A stretch of DNA of 64,000 bases from the NCBI RefSeq assembly GCF_009914755.1, contig NC_060947.1. One strand, 5' to 3'. Positions 18,095 through 33,843 of the stretch are shown here, in pieces. Origin of the DNA: the human T2T-CHM13v2.0 reference genome, Homo sapiens. The notes beneath the pieces are model-generated. The model was not told the origin of the DNA. It was given only the letters and a program-made list of their open reading frames with translations, and did no database searches. Position 1 is the stretch's first letter. Every line of letters starts with the position of its first letter. The position numbers and the translations under genes were made by a program.

Positions 18095-19000
18095 TAGTGG
18101 AGTTCTCACTTTTATTTTTACTTTGAGTCTCTTTGCGAGACAGAGTGATAGTGTTTTATGTAATACACTTGTGCTGAAGTTTTTTGACAAACCATGGTAG
18201 CTACAAAACCTTTTATCATTTGAAGGAGCAAGCGTAATACACAGGGGAGCAGCAAGCAAGTTTCTATTACTAGTAATACACTTACAATGAGGGTTTTAAA
18301 TTCGCTTACAGCTAGAAACTATTTTCTAAATATAGACCTAGGATCAAACCTGTGTTAAACCTGTACAGGCAAATGTACCAACTTTGTCATGTCCTAAGCA
18401 GGTTAGTTCTTTTACTGGGTTTTAAAAGCTTTTTCGTAGCGAGTAACACAGTATTTCTTAATAATGGAAGTTTTTAAGAGCCAGATGCTTGAAATTGTGG
18501 CGTCTGTTTGGGGAAAGAGTTAGTTAAAGTAAAGTTATCTTGAGGCATTAACTCTTTTGCTTCTCAAGGCCATTGGTCTCTTATGTTAGCCTTTTTATAA
18601 ACATAACATGAGGAAACGTCTAGGCTGCCGGCAATGTTTTCAGCCAGCTGAGCAAATAGGTGTTTTTTTTTTTTTTTTTTTTTTTTTTTGCTAAAGGAGG
18701 ATGCTCTGGTAAACTTCTGGTTTATATGTTGAAAGAATGACTTAAAGACTCGGAATTGTTGCTGGGTGGGATGGGCCTGGGTTTCCTGACTAAGTAGTAT
18801 GTGTACAGTGGGGATACCTTATATAGGTGTTTCTTCTAGCATGGTTATGGGGGGTAACAACAACAAAACAATGTACAGCATATTCATATCCAGCAAAGAC
18901 AAAAGAGGTCCTTACCTGGGAAAAAGGTTGAATACAGAGACAGAACAATAGGAAAACAGGTAGTATTACAGGAAAACTACTAGTCTTAAGATTTTTAACT
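18095..19000 (-). pseudogene. Heavily deleted env remnant with a HERV-E-like cytoplasmic tail
   Basis: LLVIETCLLLPCVLRLLLQMIKGFVATMVCQKTSAQVYYIKHYHSVSQRDSK just upstream of the PPT. Confidence 0.75.
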
Positions 19001-19199
19001 ACATCACTTGGCTTGGTAAGTCCTTAAGCTTTGGCTGTGAGTAGACTAGTCAGCTGCCAGTGTGACTAGAGCAGGGCTTGTTTCAAGCTTCAGCCATGCA
19101 TAGACTGGTCAGCCTCTGGAGTGACCAGAGCAGGGCTATCGTCCTCAGCAGCAGCTTGGTCTCATCTCAGGATCAGCCGGGTTGGATGATCTGTGTCCT

Positions 19200-20170
19200 G
19201 CTGGCTGGTCTGCTTGTCCTGAGCTGCCAGTGTTAGCTGACTGGGATGGATCTGAGACACAACACCTGCAACTTCTAACAGCAGTAGGAGTAGACAAGAT
19301 TACAGTATAGGGCCCATCCTATATGGGTCCTAGAAAAATTAGATTTTACTTTTTTACTTTAAACAGAGTCACTAGATTTAAAGCGGTGTCAGGCTTATAG
19401 GCATTTGTATGTATTTAATTATGAACACTTTGTATGGCTATTTCTAAAAACTGCATTTGCTTTCTTAAGGTTAATTCCTTTAGTTCCTGGAGGTCACCTC
19501 TAATTTGACCTGTAATTTGGGGGTGGCTGACCGAACAAAATCTTACAGAACAAATACCTAGTTTGTTTGGTGGGGGTGCACCTGACTCGGAGGAGGACCA
19601 TAGGCAAAAACCTGATTTTATCTTAAATGTATTTCCTGGCAATATTTTTTCAGTAGCTGCTCAAGTGTCCAGTTCATGCATTCCACCTTATCTTGAACTT
19701 TGCGGCCAATAGGCTGTGTGTAACTTCCATTTTAACAGTCTTGTTAAATCTTGCACTAGTTCAGCTACAAATGCTGGCCTATTGTCTGACTTTAAAGTTA
19801 GAGGCAGTCTAAACCTGGGGATAATGTCTTTTAAACAGTACTTTAGTTACTTTTTGTACTTTTTCTGTCCTGGTGGGGAAAACTTTAACTTACCCTGAAA
19901 AGGTGCAAACAAGCACTAGCATGTACCGATAGCCTCCAGCATGGGTCAGTTCTGTAAAGTCTATAAGCAAGTTTTCACAAGGTATGGCTCTTTCTCCTGT
20001 TTAAGTTTCTTGGAGGGGTTCTTTTTCTTCCCCCCCTTTATAACTCTATCTAGTGGCTTAGCCATCAGTGAGAAATTGGAGTCCAAATACGGCAGAATCC
20101 TGCTGCTTTTAACTTCTAATGTGACCATGGGCTCCTGGGAGCCTAAAGAGAAGGTGCCTAGTCTGCCCTA
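19200..20170 (-). pseudogene. ERV protease N-terminus, short RT thumb piece and integrase remnant
   Basis: QEPMVTLEV / AAGFCRIWTPISHxMAKPL / LLIDFTELTHAGGYRYMLVLVCTFSG*VKVFPTRTEK..IIPRFRLPLTLKSDNRPAF..LHTAYWPQSS..DGPYTVILSTPTAV. Confidence 0.9.
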
Positions 20171-22215
20171 GTCTTTACATTCTTCAGCTCCTGCCAGCCT
20201 GATCAGATCAGTATTTGGTTCCTCCAAGGTGCGGCAGCCCTTGGCCGATGGCCTCTTTGTCTTGCCGCCTTGGCCATTTCCTTTATTGCCTTCTGAACAT
20301 TCACCCTTCTAGTGTCCTTTCTTTTTGCATCTCGTACATTAATCCCTCTCTAGCCTTGTCCGGCTCTTGAATCCTTGCCTAACGTGACTTCTTCCACGTC
20401 TATGTCCGCATCCACGTCCTCTCACATTGCTAATCTCTCTTTTTATAAGAGCTGTTGCTAACAGATTGGCTTTTTTAAGTCTTTAATTTATTTATTTTTT
20501 TCCTTCCTGAGTTCTCCTGCTCCTACGGCCAGCTGGCAGGGCCAGGCAACAGCACGGGCCCTGCCCCCGCGCACTGCTGTCTGTCTCTCTTGTTTACTTC
20601 TGATTCTCTTTTTCACACTTAGTCTTAGTCTTTCTTTTTCTTTTGGTCTTTTCCCGGCGCCAGTCCCTGGCTCCTTCTTTTTTTAGATAGAGCCAGGCTG
20701 GGGAGAGGGACTTAATCCTTGGCGTGCCTAGCTGCTTCGATTGTTGCTTTTGCTCTTTCCCTTTTTGTTCCTTGGTCCCAGTTAACATACACCTTGGTGG
20801 CCACTTTTATAGACTGGGTGGTATTCATGCCTGCAGCTTCTGCTTGATGTTATTCTGGGCTTGCTTTACAAATGAGGTATTCACTATATACTGATTTTTC
20901 AGCAGCCTCAGGGTTAAATGGGGTGTAAAGCCAGAATGCTTTATAGAGTCTCTTATAAAACTGACTTAGGCTCTTGTCAGCTCCTTGAAGCACTTCTGAA
21001 ATCTTTTTTATATTAATTGCTTTTTTTCTACCAACTGTTTGCCTCTGCAGAAGTGCTTCTCAGTATCTCTGCAAACGCTGAAGCTGAGTTGCATTCTCTG
21101 GGTCTTTTTCCTATTTTTCCTAGAGTTTAACAGGCCCTTTTCTTTATTTAATTATCCATGCACTTGGAGGGTTAAACAGGCATACCGAGAGTCAGTGTAA
21201 ATGTTTACAGTCTTACCTTCACTGAGTTCTAAGGCCTGAATTAAAGGAATGAGCTCAGCTTAGCGACAATGTCCAGGGTTATCACCATGTATCCTGCACA
21301 TCTGTCTCCTTGTGGGTTGATGAAGCTGTTCCCATCCACGTATAGCTCCCAGCCTACTGATGCCCAAGGCTGGTCCTGGAGGTCAGGTCTGCTAGAGTAA
21401 ACTTGAGTCCAACACCTCTACACAGTTATGCTCGACAGGGCTCTAGTTGCCAGGAGCAAGGTGGCGGGTTCAGGGTGTTTCCAGTTTAGTAGATCAATGG
21501 TTGAAAAGGGCTGATAGATGAAAGTCTGTTGTCCCCCCGGATGTGGGCCTGGTCATTATAAATAGACAGGTCCTCACCTCTCCCTGAGAGGCATTTGCAT
21601 AGCTCGAGCAAGACCAGATCTGAGATGGCCCACTTGACTATCTTGACTTCCATCCTTGGCCTCTCGAGGTTCCGATTCTCCCCTTCGAGGTGAGACCTGG
21701 GGTGTGTTAGCTCCTGAATCTGGTTTCTGAGGGGGCTGTTGGCCTCGGTAAAGGGGGGTAGGCTAGGACATATGGAGAAAGAATTTCTGTTTATCTCTGG
21801 TGGCTTCTGCAAAACTGGCTTCTCTTGCTGTTTCTGGGACTCCCTTTTTAACTCTGTGTCTGCTGGCGAAGCTGCTCTTACTTTTACTTTTGGCTTTTTT
21901 GCAATAAGCTGTTAAACAGGGCTAAATTTATGCCAGTTTTGTCTATATTATATTTAACCATGAGTCAATATAAAGGAATTGCTACAGGTACACTGGCTGT
22001 CCTCCGACCCCTGTCACCACCTTAAATACATGGCCAATTGTTCCCTGTCTGTAGTTCCTTTGGTGGGCCATCCAACACCAAAAGAGGGCAATTCTAATTC
22101 ACCCAGAGTTCTTAACCTCTGGGGGGTTAACTTAACTCTATAATCCCCTGCAAAACCTTTCTTAAGGTTTTGTAACATGCATTTTAATAGAGTAAGTTTT
22201 GATGATTACTTTCCT
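20170..22215 (-). pseudogene. ERV gag remnants (MA, CA/MHR, NC) with an embedded RNase H block
   Basis: MA: KCMLQNLKKGFAGDYRVKLT..GVGWPTKGT..FLYIDSWLNII. CA start: YQPFSTIDLLNWKH. MHR-like: ISEVLQGADKSLSQFYKRLYKAF. Zinc knuckle: CTRCKKKGH*KGEC. Confidence 0.88.
21120..21478 (-). pseudogene. ERV pol tether / RNase H fragment
   Basis: [71 protein letters not shown]. Confidence 0.9.
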
Positions 22216-22890
22216 TTTATTTTTCTTTTCTTGGAATTTTTTTTAACACAGTTTCTAGCAGAGTGGGCTTACTTTGTGTCTGACCTATTTTTCTCTCGAG
22301 ACAAAACAACATTCACACTACAAGAAGGAAAGGGTAAAAGGTCACTCACTCGTCTATTTCACACTAAATCAAAATCAAAACTAAAACCAAAGTGTCGTTA
22401 AAGGCACCTCTGTTCGTCAAGCAATTTAAGCCAAGTCAAAATCAGAACCAAAACCAAAGTGCCAATAAAGGCATGCCTGTTTATCAAGCAATTCAAGTCA
22501 AGTCAAAATCAAAACTAAAACCAAATTATCAAGCAATGCAAGTCAAGTCAAAAACAAAACCCAAAGTGCCGGTACAGGCACGCCGTGGGTGATCATGCCA
22601 TGCTTCCACTCAAATGGAGTGGGCAAGTTCCAAAGACCAGTCTTACCAAGTTTCAGATGTCCAGACTTAAAGTGCCAGTTCCTTCCCAGTGTTCAGCCAC
22701 TGCATTGGTCCTTCATGTGGGCTTGCCATGCACCGCTCTGATGAGGCGTTGTACCGGGGCAAATGCCTGCCTGGGAGCGCTCATCAGGATCTACATTGCT
22801 CAAGCTGGCCGGAGTCCCCCACAGGGATGCTCTACAGGGCAGGCATAAGCTGCCTAAGGGGCTGTGTCGACCGTCCATTAATCACCTCGC

Positions 22891-22908
22891 TTCCCGGTCA
22901 GGGAACCA
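22891..22908 (-). other. Primer binding site complementary to the tRNA-Glu 3' end
   Basis: Minus strand TGGTTCCCTGACCGGGAA, 5 nt downstream of the 5' LTR. Confidence 0.92.
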
Positions 22909-22913
22909 AGAAA

Positions 22914-23397
22914 TGTAGCAGGACAAGCTGCAGACAAAACTCCTCAGACATCACATTAAAGAAGGAAGAGGTTTATTCAGCCAGGAGCATCAGCAGACTT
23001 GTGTCTTAAGAGCCAAGCTCCCTGAAAAAGAAATTCTTGGCCTTTTTAAAGGCTTACAACTCTTAAGAGGTCCACATGAAAAGGTCATGATAAATTGAGC
23101 AAGTGTGGGGAACGTGACTGGGGGATACATGCATCAGCTAACAGAACAGAAAGTTTTGCAATACTTTTTCATACAATGTCTGGAATTTACAGATAACACA
23201 AGTAGTTTAGGTCAGGGGTTGATGTTGTTATTATTACTTTTTTAACTCCTAGGGCCGGGTAGTGGTGCCAAGGTTGTCTGGCTATTTATCTTACTTTTGT
23301 TTCTTTCCAACTTTTTGCTTTGTCTTTTCTCCTGTCTTGTGAACTAGGCAAGGTAGGGGGAGGAGGGCAGCAGGAGTAGTAGTGGTCTCCTTCCTTA
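22914..23397 (-). mobile_element. 5' LTR (LTR2B)
   Basis: Minus strand runs TAAGGAAGGAGACCACTACTACTCC...GAGTTTTGTCTGCAGCTTGTCCTGCTACA and is followed by the PBS. Confidence 0.92.
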
Positions 23398-24156
23398 GAA
23401 TGACCCAGACAGAGTTCTTAATTTTGTGATGTACTGGGGAACACAATTTACTAGGGGATATAAATGTGTAAATACACCAACTACAATTTGATGTAAGTGA
23501 CAATAGAGATATGAGCTGAGTGCTGTGAGAACACAGTACAGAATTCTCTTTAGTAATTTAGCAGGTTAGAAGTAGAGGCTGTCGCGTGTGATGAGTCTGG
23601 AGAGATAGGTGGGATCCAGATACTGAAGGACCTTTACCTATTACATTGAGTACTTAGTTTATGCCGAGCAGTGGTTGATATACTTTGCCTGAGTTGATTT
23701 AATCCTCACAGCATCCTGTGGGTACTGTTACCATCTTTACATTACAGGTACAGAAACTGATACACTAAGAGGTTACAACATGGCAAAGATCACACAAGCT
23801 AGTACAGAACATATCTGAGCTTTGAATATAGGTAGTTTTATTTTTTTCTTGTTTTTTTTTTTTTGAGACCTAGTCTCACTCTTGTCACCCAGGCTGGAGT
23901 GCAGTGGCATGATCTCACTCACTGCAACCTCTGCCTCCCGGGTTCAAGCAATTCTTCTGCCTCAGCCTCCCGAGTAGCTAGGATTACAGGCATGTGCCAC
24001 CATGCTTGGCTTATTATTTTGTATTTTTAGTAGAGATAGGGTTTCACAATATTGGCCAGGCTTGTCTCAAACTCCTGACCTTGTGATCCGCCCGCCTCAG
24101 CCTCCTAACATGCTGGGATTATGGGCGTGAGCCACCACACCTGGCTTTTTTTTTAA

Positions 24157-24267
<111 letters not shown>

Positions 24268-24270
24268 TGA

Positions 24271-24450
<180 letters not shown>

Positions 24451-25539
24451 TAGGTTGACTATGGATCTACATCCCTAACCACTATGCTGTGCTTTTTCTC
24501 TCTAGTAGTATGGATATACTTTCTTACTAGCGTATGCAAATCTACTAGCTGTATTTTATTTCTCTGTGTGGTTTTACTATAATTTATTTAACTGGATTGA
24601 TAGAGATTGTTGGTTGTTTCTAGTTTTTAGCAGTTACACATAGTGCTTTAGTGAGGAGTATTTACTTCCCACCTCAAGCTGATTGGGGCACACTCTCACA
24701 TGATCACTCTTCCCTTCTTCATCATTACTGTATTAAATGATCTCCAAAATTCCTTCAGGGCCATCACCCTAAATTCTGAGATTTGCAGAGCCATAATTCT
24801 TAATCTCAAGAGCTGTATATATTGTAGATTACTTAATGTGGTAATTGTCAAGGCTCGTTTGTACTTTTTTTTTTTTTTTGAGATGGAGTCGTCTTTTGTT
24901 GCCCAGGCTGGAGGGCAGTGGCACGATCTCGGCTCACTGAAACCTCCGCCTCCTGGGTTCAAGAAATTCTCCAGCTTCAGCCTCCCGAGTAGCTGGGACT
25001 ACAGGCACGTGCCACTGCGCCCAGCTCATTTTTATATTTTTAGTAGAGAAGGGGTTTCACCATGTTGGCCAGACTGGTCTTGAACGCCTGACCTCAAGTG
25101 ATCTGCCCACCTCGGTCTCCCAAAGTGCTGGGATTACAGGCATGAGCCACTGCACCCAGCGAATTTTCGTATTATTATTATTATTTTTATTTTTTAGTAG
25201 AGACAGTGTTTTGCTGGTCTCGAACTCCTCGGTCTCCCAAAGTGCTGGGATTACAGGCATGAGCCACCGCACTCAGCTGTACTCATTTTCTAAGGATTGA
25301 AGGCCTGGGTGACATATTAGTTAACATGTATTGAAGGTTTCCTATACCAAGCATTCTACTAAGTACTTTACATGCATTATTCTAATTGTCTCAGCAATCC
25401 TGTGAGCAATTATATATATTGTCCCTCTTCTTAAAATGAAGAAACTGCTGGGCGCGGTGGCTCACGCCTGTAATCCTGGCACTTTGGGAGGCCGAGACGG
25501 GCAGATCACGAGGTGAGGAGATCAAGACCATCCTGGCTA

Positions 25540-25807
<268 letters not shown>

Positions 25808-25835
25808 CTAGTAAATAGCTCACTGATTGCAAAGC

Positions 25836-25946
<111 letters not shown>

Positions 25947-26247
25947 GACAGTCTCACTGTGTCACCCAGGCTGGAGTGCAGTGTGGCATGATCACAGCTC
26001 ACCGCAGCCTCTATCTCCTGGCTCTAAGCAATCCTCCTACCTCATCCCCCCAAGTAGCTGGGGCTACAGGTGTGCATCACCACACCTGGCTAATTTTTAA
26101 TTTTTTTGTGGAGATGGGGTCTCGCTGTGTTGCCCAGGCTGGTCTTGGACTCCTGGGCTCAAGCAGTTCTCCCTCCTCAGCTTCCCAAAGTGTTGGAATT
26201 ACAGACATAAGCCACTGCGTCCAGCCAATGCTTGTATTTTTAACCCT

Positions 26248-27891
<1,644 letters not shown>

Positions 27892-30670
27892 TTTTTTTTG
27901 TTTTTCAACGTATTACTATCTTTATTATGGTATAGAGTAGTATTTTATACATAGCTCATTTTATAGCAAAAACATTTATGTACAACTGTAGAGAAACCAC
28001 TACACAGATAGCTCCAATTTAAATTAGAAAACATTTTGCCGGGCGTGGTGGCTCACACCTGTAATCCCAGCACTTTGGGAGTCCGAGGCGGGCGGATCAC
28101 CTGAGGTCAGGAGTTTGAGACCAGCCTGGCCAACATGATGAAACCCCGTCTCTACTAAAAATAAAAAAATCAGCTGGGCATGGTGGCCGTGCGCCTGTAG
28201 TCCTAGCTACTCGGGAGGCTGAGGCAGGATTCATGCCAATCGCTTGAACGTGGGAGGCAGAGGTTGCAGTGAGCTGAGATTAAGCCACTGCACTCCAGCT
28301 TGTGCAACAGAGTGAGACTCTGTCTCAAAAAAAAAAAATTAAAAAAAAATTGCAGCTTATTTATCTCTACAAGGTGTTGCCAACGAGAAATAAAAGAGGA
28401 ATTAAAAGGTTTAGGGCATATTTATAAATAACAGGAGTAAACATAGCTTCTAAGAGATGCCAGGAAATGCCTTACCAATGTCAAGGACAATCACTCATGC
28501 TTTTTTATGTCACTTCTGATATTTGGAAACAGAATTAAGGTGATGGACTGTGAGGTCTGACTCAGGCTGCTTGCTCATATTTGAATGGATTTGGTTAAAA
28601 AGGTAGTAAACAAAGTGTGATCATACAGGAAGCTAATCTCACCAGCTATGTGAAAATCAAGCTTAATGCTTTGTAGTCACATCTCATATTCTCATACTCA
28701 GAGGAAAAAAGCCAAGAAAATAATCTTCTACAGTTGTATTTATTCTACACTGCCTACAGAAATAGTTTATGTGTACATACAATCAAACTTTTATCTAATC
28801 GCTGTAAAGGTCATTTATATAGGCCCCCCGAGGGCAAGGACTGTGTTATAATTTATCTTTTTCAGAATTAAACAAGCTGCCCAAGGCCATGGAAGTGAGT
28901 TAGACCTAGCTGTTTGCTAGGTCTACAGTCTTGTGTTTTATTTTAGGCACTGTGGCTGGCTAATAATTTCCCTGACTTTTACCATAGTTAATCATCTCTT
29001 TTTCTTTTCTTTCTTTTTTTTTAAGAGACAGGGTCTCACTCTGTCACCTAGGATGGAGTGCAGTGGTGCCATCATAGGTCACTGTAGCCTTGAACTCCTG
29101 GGCTCAAGTGATCCTCCCACCTCAGCCTCCTGAGTAGCAGGGACTACAGGCATGCACCACCATGTCTGGCTGTATTTTTATTTTTATTTGTAGAGATGGG
29201 GTCTCGCTATGTTGCCCTGGCTGGTCTTGAACTCCTGGCCTCAACTGATCTTTCCACCTCGGCCTCCCAAAGTGCGGGGATTACAAGTGTGAGCCGCTAC
29301 ACCCGACGTCTTATTCTTAAAATACTTGCTTCATTTGAGTTTTAGGTTACCAAGCTTTCCTGGTTTCCTGTCTCACTGGTCACTTCTTACTGGTCACTTC
29401 TTAATCTCCTCCTCATTTTTGTAAACTCCTAATGTGGGAGAGCCCTCAGACTCAACTCAGTCTTTGAACTTTTTATCTTCTTTAGTTATACTCATACTTT
29501 GGTAGTCTTACCTGTCTCATGGTGTTACCATGATGACTGTTAGATCTCTAGACTTGTATATTTATCTGTCTATTTGACATGTCTGCTTGTTTTTTTTTGT
29601 TTGTTTGTTTGTCTTTTTTTTTTTTTAGACAGAGTCTTGCTCTGTTGACCAGGCTGGAGTGCAGTGGCGTGATCTCTGCTCATTGCAGCTTCTGCCTCCT
29701 GGGCTCAAGTAATTCTCCTGCCTCAGGCCCAAGCGATTCTCCTACCTCAACCTCCTGAGTAGCTAGGATTACAGGTGCGCACCACCATACCTGGCTAATT
29801 TTTGTATTCTTAGTAGAGACGGGGTTTCAGCATGTTGGCCAGGCTGGTTCTGAACTCCTGACCTCAAATGATCTGCCCGCCTTGGCCTCTCAAAGTGTTG
29901 GGACTACAGGCATGAGCCACAGCGCTTGGCTAGGACATGACCACTTGGATGTGCTTCCCCTGTTGTTTTTCCCATCTCAGTAAGTGGCAACTCCATCTTT
30001 GCAGTTGCTCAGGCCACAAATCATGGCATCACCCTTAATTCCTCTTTTTCACTCTTCACTCATACCCCCTATTCAGTCCAATCCTTTGACAGACCATGTG
30101 GCTCTCTCCCTTTGAAATATTTCAGAATCCACCACTTCTCAACTCCTCTACCACTATCATCTGGTCCAAGATATCATTTTACCTCACTTGGACTATTGCA
30201 AAAACCTAGCCAGTCTCCCTGCTGCTACCCTTATTTTCTAGGGGTCTGTTCTCAATACAGTATTCAGAGCATTTCTTTGGAAATGTCAGCTCTTTTCAAT
30301 CCTCTGCTTAGAATCTTCCATTGACTTCTCATCTTACTTAGAGTAAAAGCCAAAGTTCTGAAACTGGCCTATAAAGCCTTGTGCAGCCCATATATAAGGC
30401 CAGAGGTTTATAATAAAATAGTGCTTCTACTTCGGTGAGAGCTCTTAACATGATCTTTGCTGCATAGTCTTTCTCATATCAAATGAAGATTTTTCTGTAC
30501 TGGGTTCGTACTTACACAGTAAACCTTAATGTGGATTATCACGCAGTAATTTAATTGTTCTCTTTAGTGTTACATTTTGATCTGTAGCCTTAAGAATCAT
30601 TTTTTTTCATGGTTATAAAGCTAAAGAGAATTAAAAACAAACAATAAAAAACAAAAAAATCATAACTTTA

Positions 30671-31036
<366 letters not shown>

Positions 31037-31869
31037 TCAGCTTTAAATAGAATTTATTCATTCTAGAAACACTTAAAAGGGCATATTATGTACCAGGCAC
31101 TAGGGTTACAAAAATGAATAGAAAGAGATGCACATCAGTAATTTTTCCCAACTGTGAGTGAATGGTTTTATTATGCATACACATGTATAGACAATTCCAT
31201 AAAGATTACCTATTATTCATTACACAGAAGCCAAGGGATAAATTGTATGCTGAGTAAGTAAATCAAAAGGGAAGCATCACTGTTTCTCCTTTTTATTTTT
31301 CTCCTATTTTTCCTTTATTCCTCTTTACATTTTGAGTAGTAAGTCTCCACATCCCTGACCAGGCATTTGCTAGCTGCATCACTCCTCTCTGATTTCAAAC
31401 TTCTCTAGTTTGTTTCCATCTTCTATTTTTAAAGTTTTTTTCAGACAAAAAGGTCATGTAGATTATATTTTTGGTATCTTTCATTTCTAAGCATGCTGCT
31501 TTATACACAGTAGGCCCTCAAATCTTTGAGTGCTTATAAATATGATTTTTGCTTCATCTAATTCTCTAGACATGCAGTTAAGATTACAGGATGGGTTACT
31601 TAGTATATTGAAAAAGAATGATATGAAATATGAAAAACAAAGCCATTTAAAAGATATTCATGACACTCTAGTGCTTTACTTGCCCCTGGACCAGATGTTT
31701 GTGTTCATGGGTCAGTGACTCTTAGCTCCGGACTGTATTAGTGGTGCTTCACCAAAGGACTGATTTCAGGCTATTCTTTTAATAGGGAAAACCCTTTATG
31801 ACTATGTAGATCTATGTATTTCCATTTTTAGTCTTTTTTAGACTGTGTATCATATATATATATTTGTAT

Positions 31870-31925
<56 letters not shown>

Positions 31926-32971
31926 TTATTTTTTTTTTGAGATGGAGTCTCACTCTGTTGCCCAGGCTGGAGTGCAATGGCATGATCTCAGCTCAGTGCA
32001 ACTCTGCCTTCCGGGTTCAAATGATTATCCTGCCTCAGCTTCCCAAGTAGCTGGGATTACAGGCACCTGCCCCCATGCCTGGCTAATTTTTGTATTTTTT
32101 TTTTTAGTAGAGATGGGGTTTCACCATGCTGGCCAGGCTGGTCTCAAACTCCTGACTTTAGAGGATCCGCCCGTCTCGGCCTCCCAAAGTGCTGGGATTA
32201 CAGGCGTGAGCCGCTGTGCCCAGCTGGATATCATATTTTTGATCCAGGTTTTGTTACACTCAGTTTCATCTAAGGCTTATTTTTTATAGCTTCAGATATT
32301 CTTTCCTGAGACCAAACCCTAATTACTGTATTTGGGGCTAGGTCTCAAATCTCGAAAATTTACAAATTGTGCTTGGTTTGTGTCATTTCTGTAGATGGCC
32401 TGACAGCCATTATAAAATGATTCTTCCTAATCTCATTCTGAAAGCAATTCCACATTAGGAATACCTCGCTTTTGTCCCTATGTATCACCTTTAGTGGTTA
32501 TCTCCATTTTATAAATGAGGCTACTGAAGCCCAGCAAGCTCAAGTAATTTTCTCAGGTTCACAGCTAGCAGGTGGTGCAAGTGATATTCAAAACCATGTC
32601 TGTCTGGCCCCCAAACTCAGTTTTTCTACTATACCATTCTGGCTTTCTTTCTTAAGGGTCTATTATATTTTCTGCCTCAGAGTCACTGTAAAGAAAATGA
32701 GAACCATTTATGTTAGAAATGTGTGTGTGTGCCTTGAATCATCTAGCTAGAGGTCAGGATTACTTGATCCTACATCCTGTAGTTTACCCAAAGTACGATT
32801 GGTGAAAACAGGCAATTTACTAGTCCAATAAGTATAGTCCAGTCTTCTAATCTTTGGATGAAATACAGAAGTGTAATCTGAGGAAAGGAATGAAATGCAC
32901 TCTGAAGGGGCCGGGCATTGTGGCTCGTACCTGTAATCCCAGCACTTTGGGAGGCAGAGACGGGCGGATCA

Positions 32972-33232
<261 letters not shown>

Positions 33233-33455
33233 TTAATAAACCTTTCTTCAGCTACTGAGAATAGAATACTATTCAAAGTCTAAGCTATTATCATAAGTTG
33301 ATTGAAAGCTGAGGTCCTTATACATTTTTGTCAGTTATCAATCAGTTATTAAACATTTAAATGTAAGGACTTTTATTCTTATAGTAAAAACCACAGGAAA
33401 ACACATCTAAATTGAAGTTCGGATTCATATCAGGAACCTACATAATATGGTGCTA

Positions 33456-33843
<388 letters not shown>

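Larger units (their letters stand above)
17588..23397 (-). mobile_element. Defective provirus, LTR2B-flanked Harlequin / HERV-E-type mosaic, about 5.8 kb
   Basis: Two direct LTRs, a tRNA-Glu PBS, a polypurine tract (18069-18079) and gag, pro, pol and env remnants. Flanks GACT/GAAT give an imperfect 4-bp TSD within a (GAAT)n tract. Confidence 0.93.

Noticed and set aside
17580-23405. 7-8 bp TSD (gaatgac) around the provirus
   Set aside because: Gammaretrovirus-like integrases make 4-bp TSDs; the longer match is better explained by the host (GAAT)n tract.
32281-32400. tttttatAG|cttcagatat as a possible TM9SF exon-7 equivalent
   Set aside because: Similarity is limited to the first two or three codons; no downstream YTYSV motif or donor at the expected distance.
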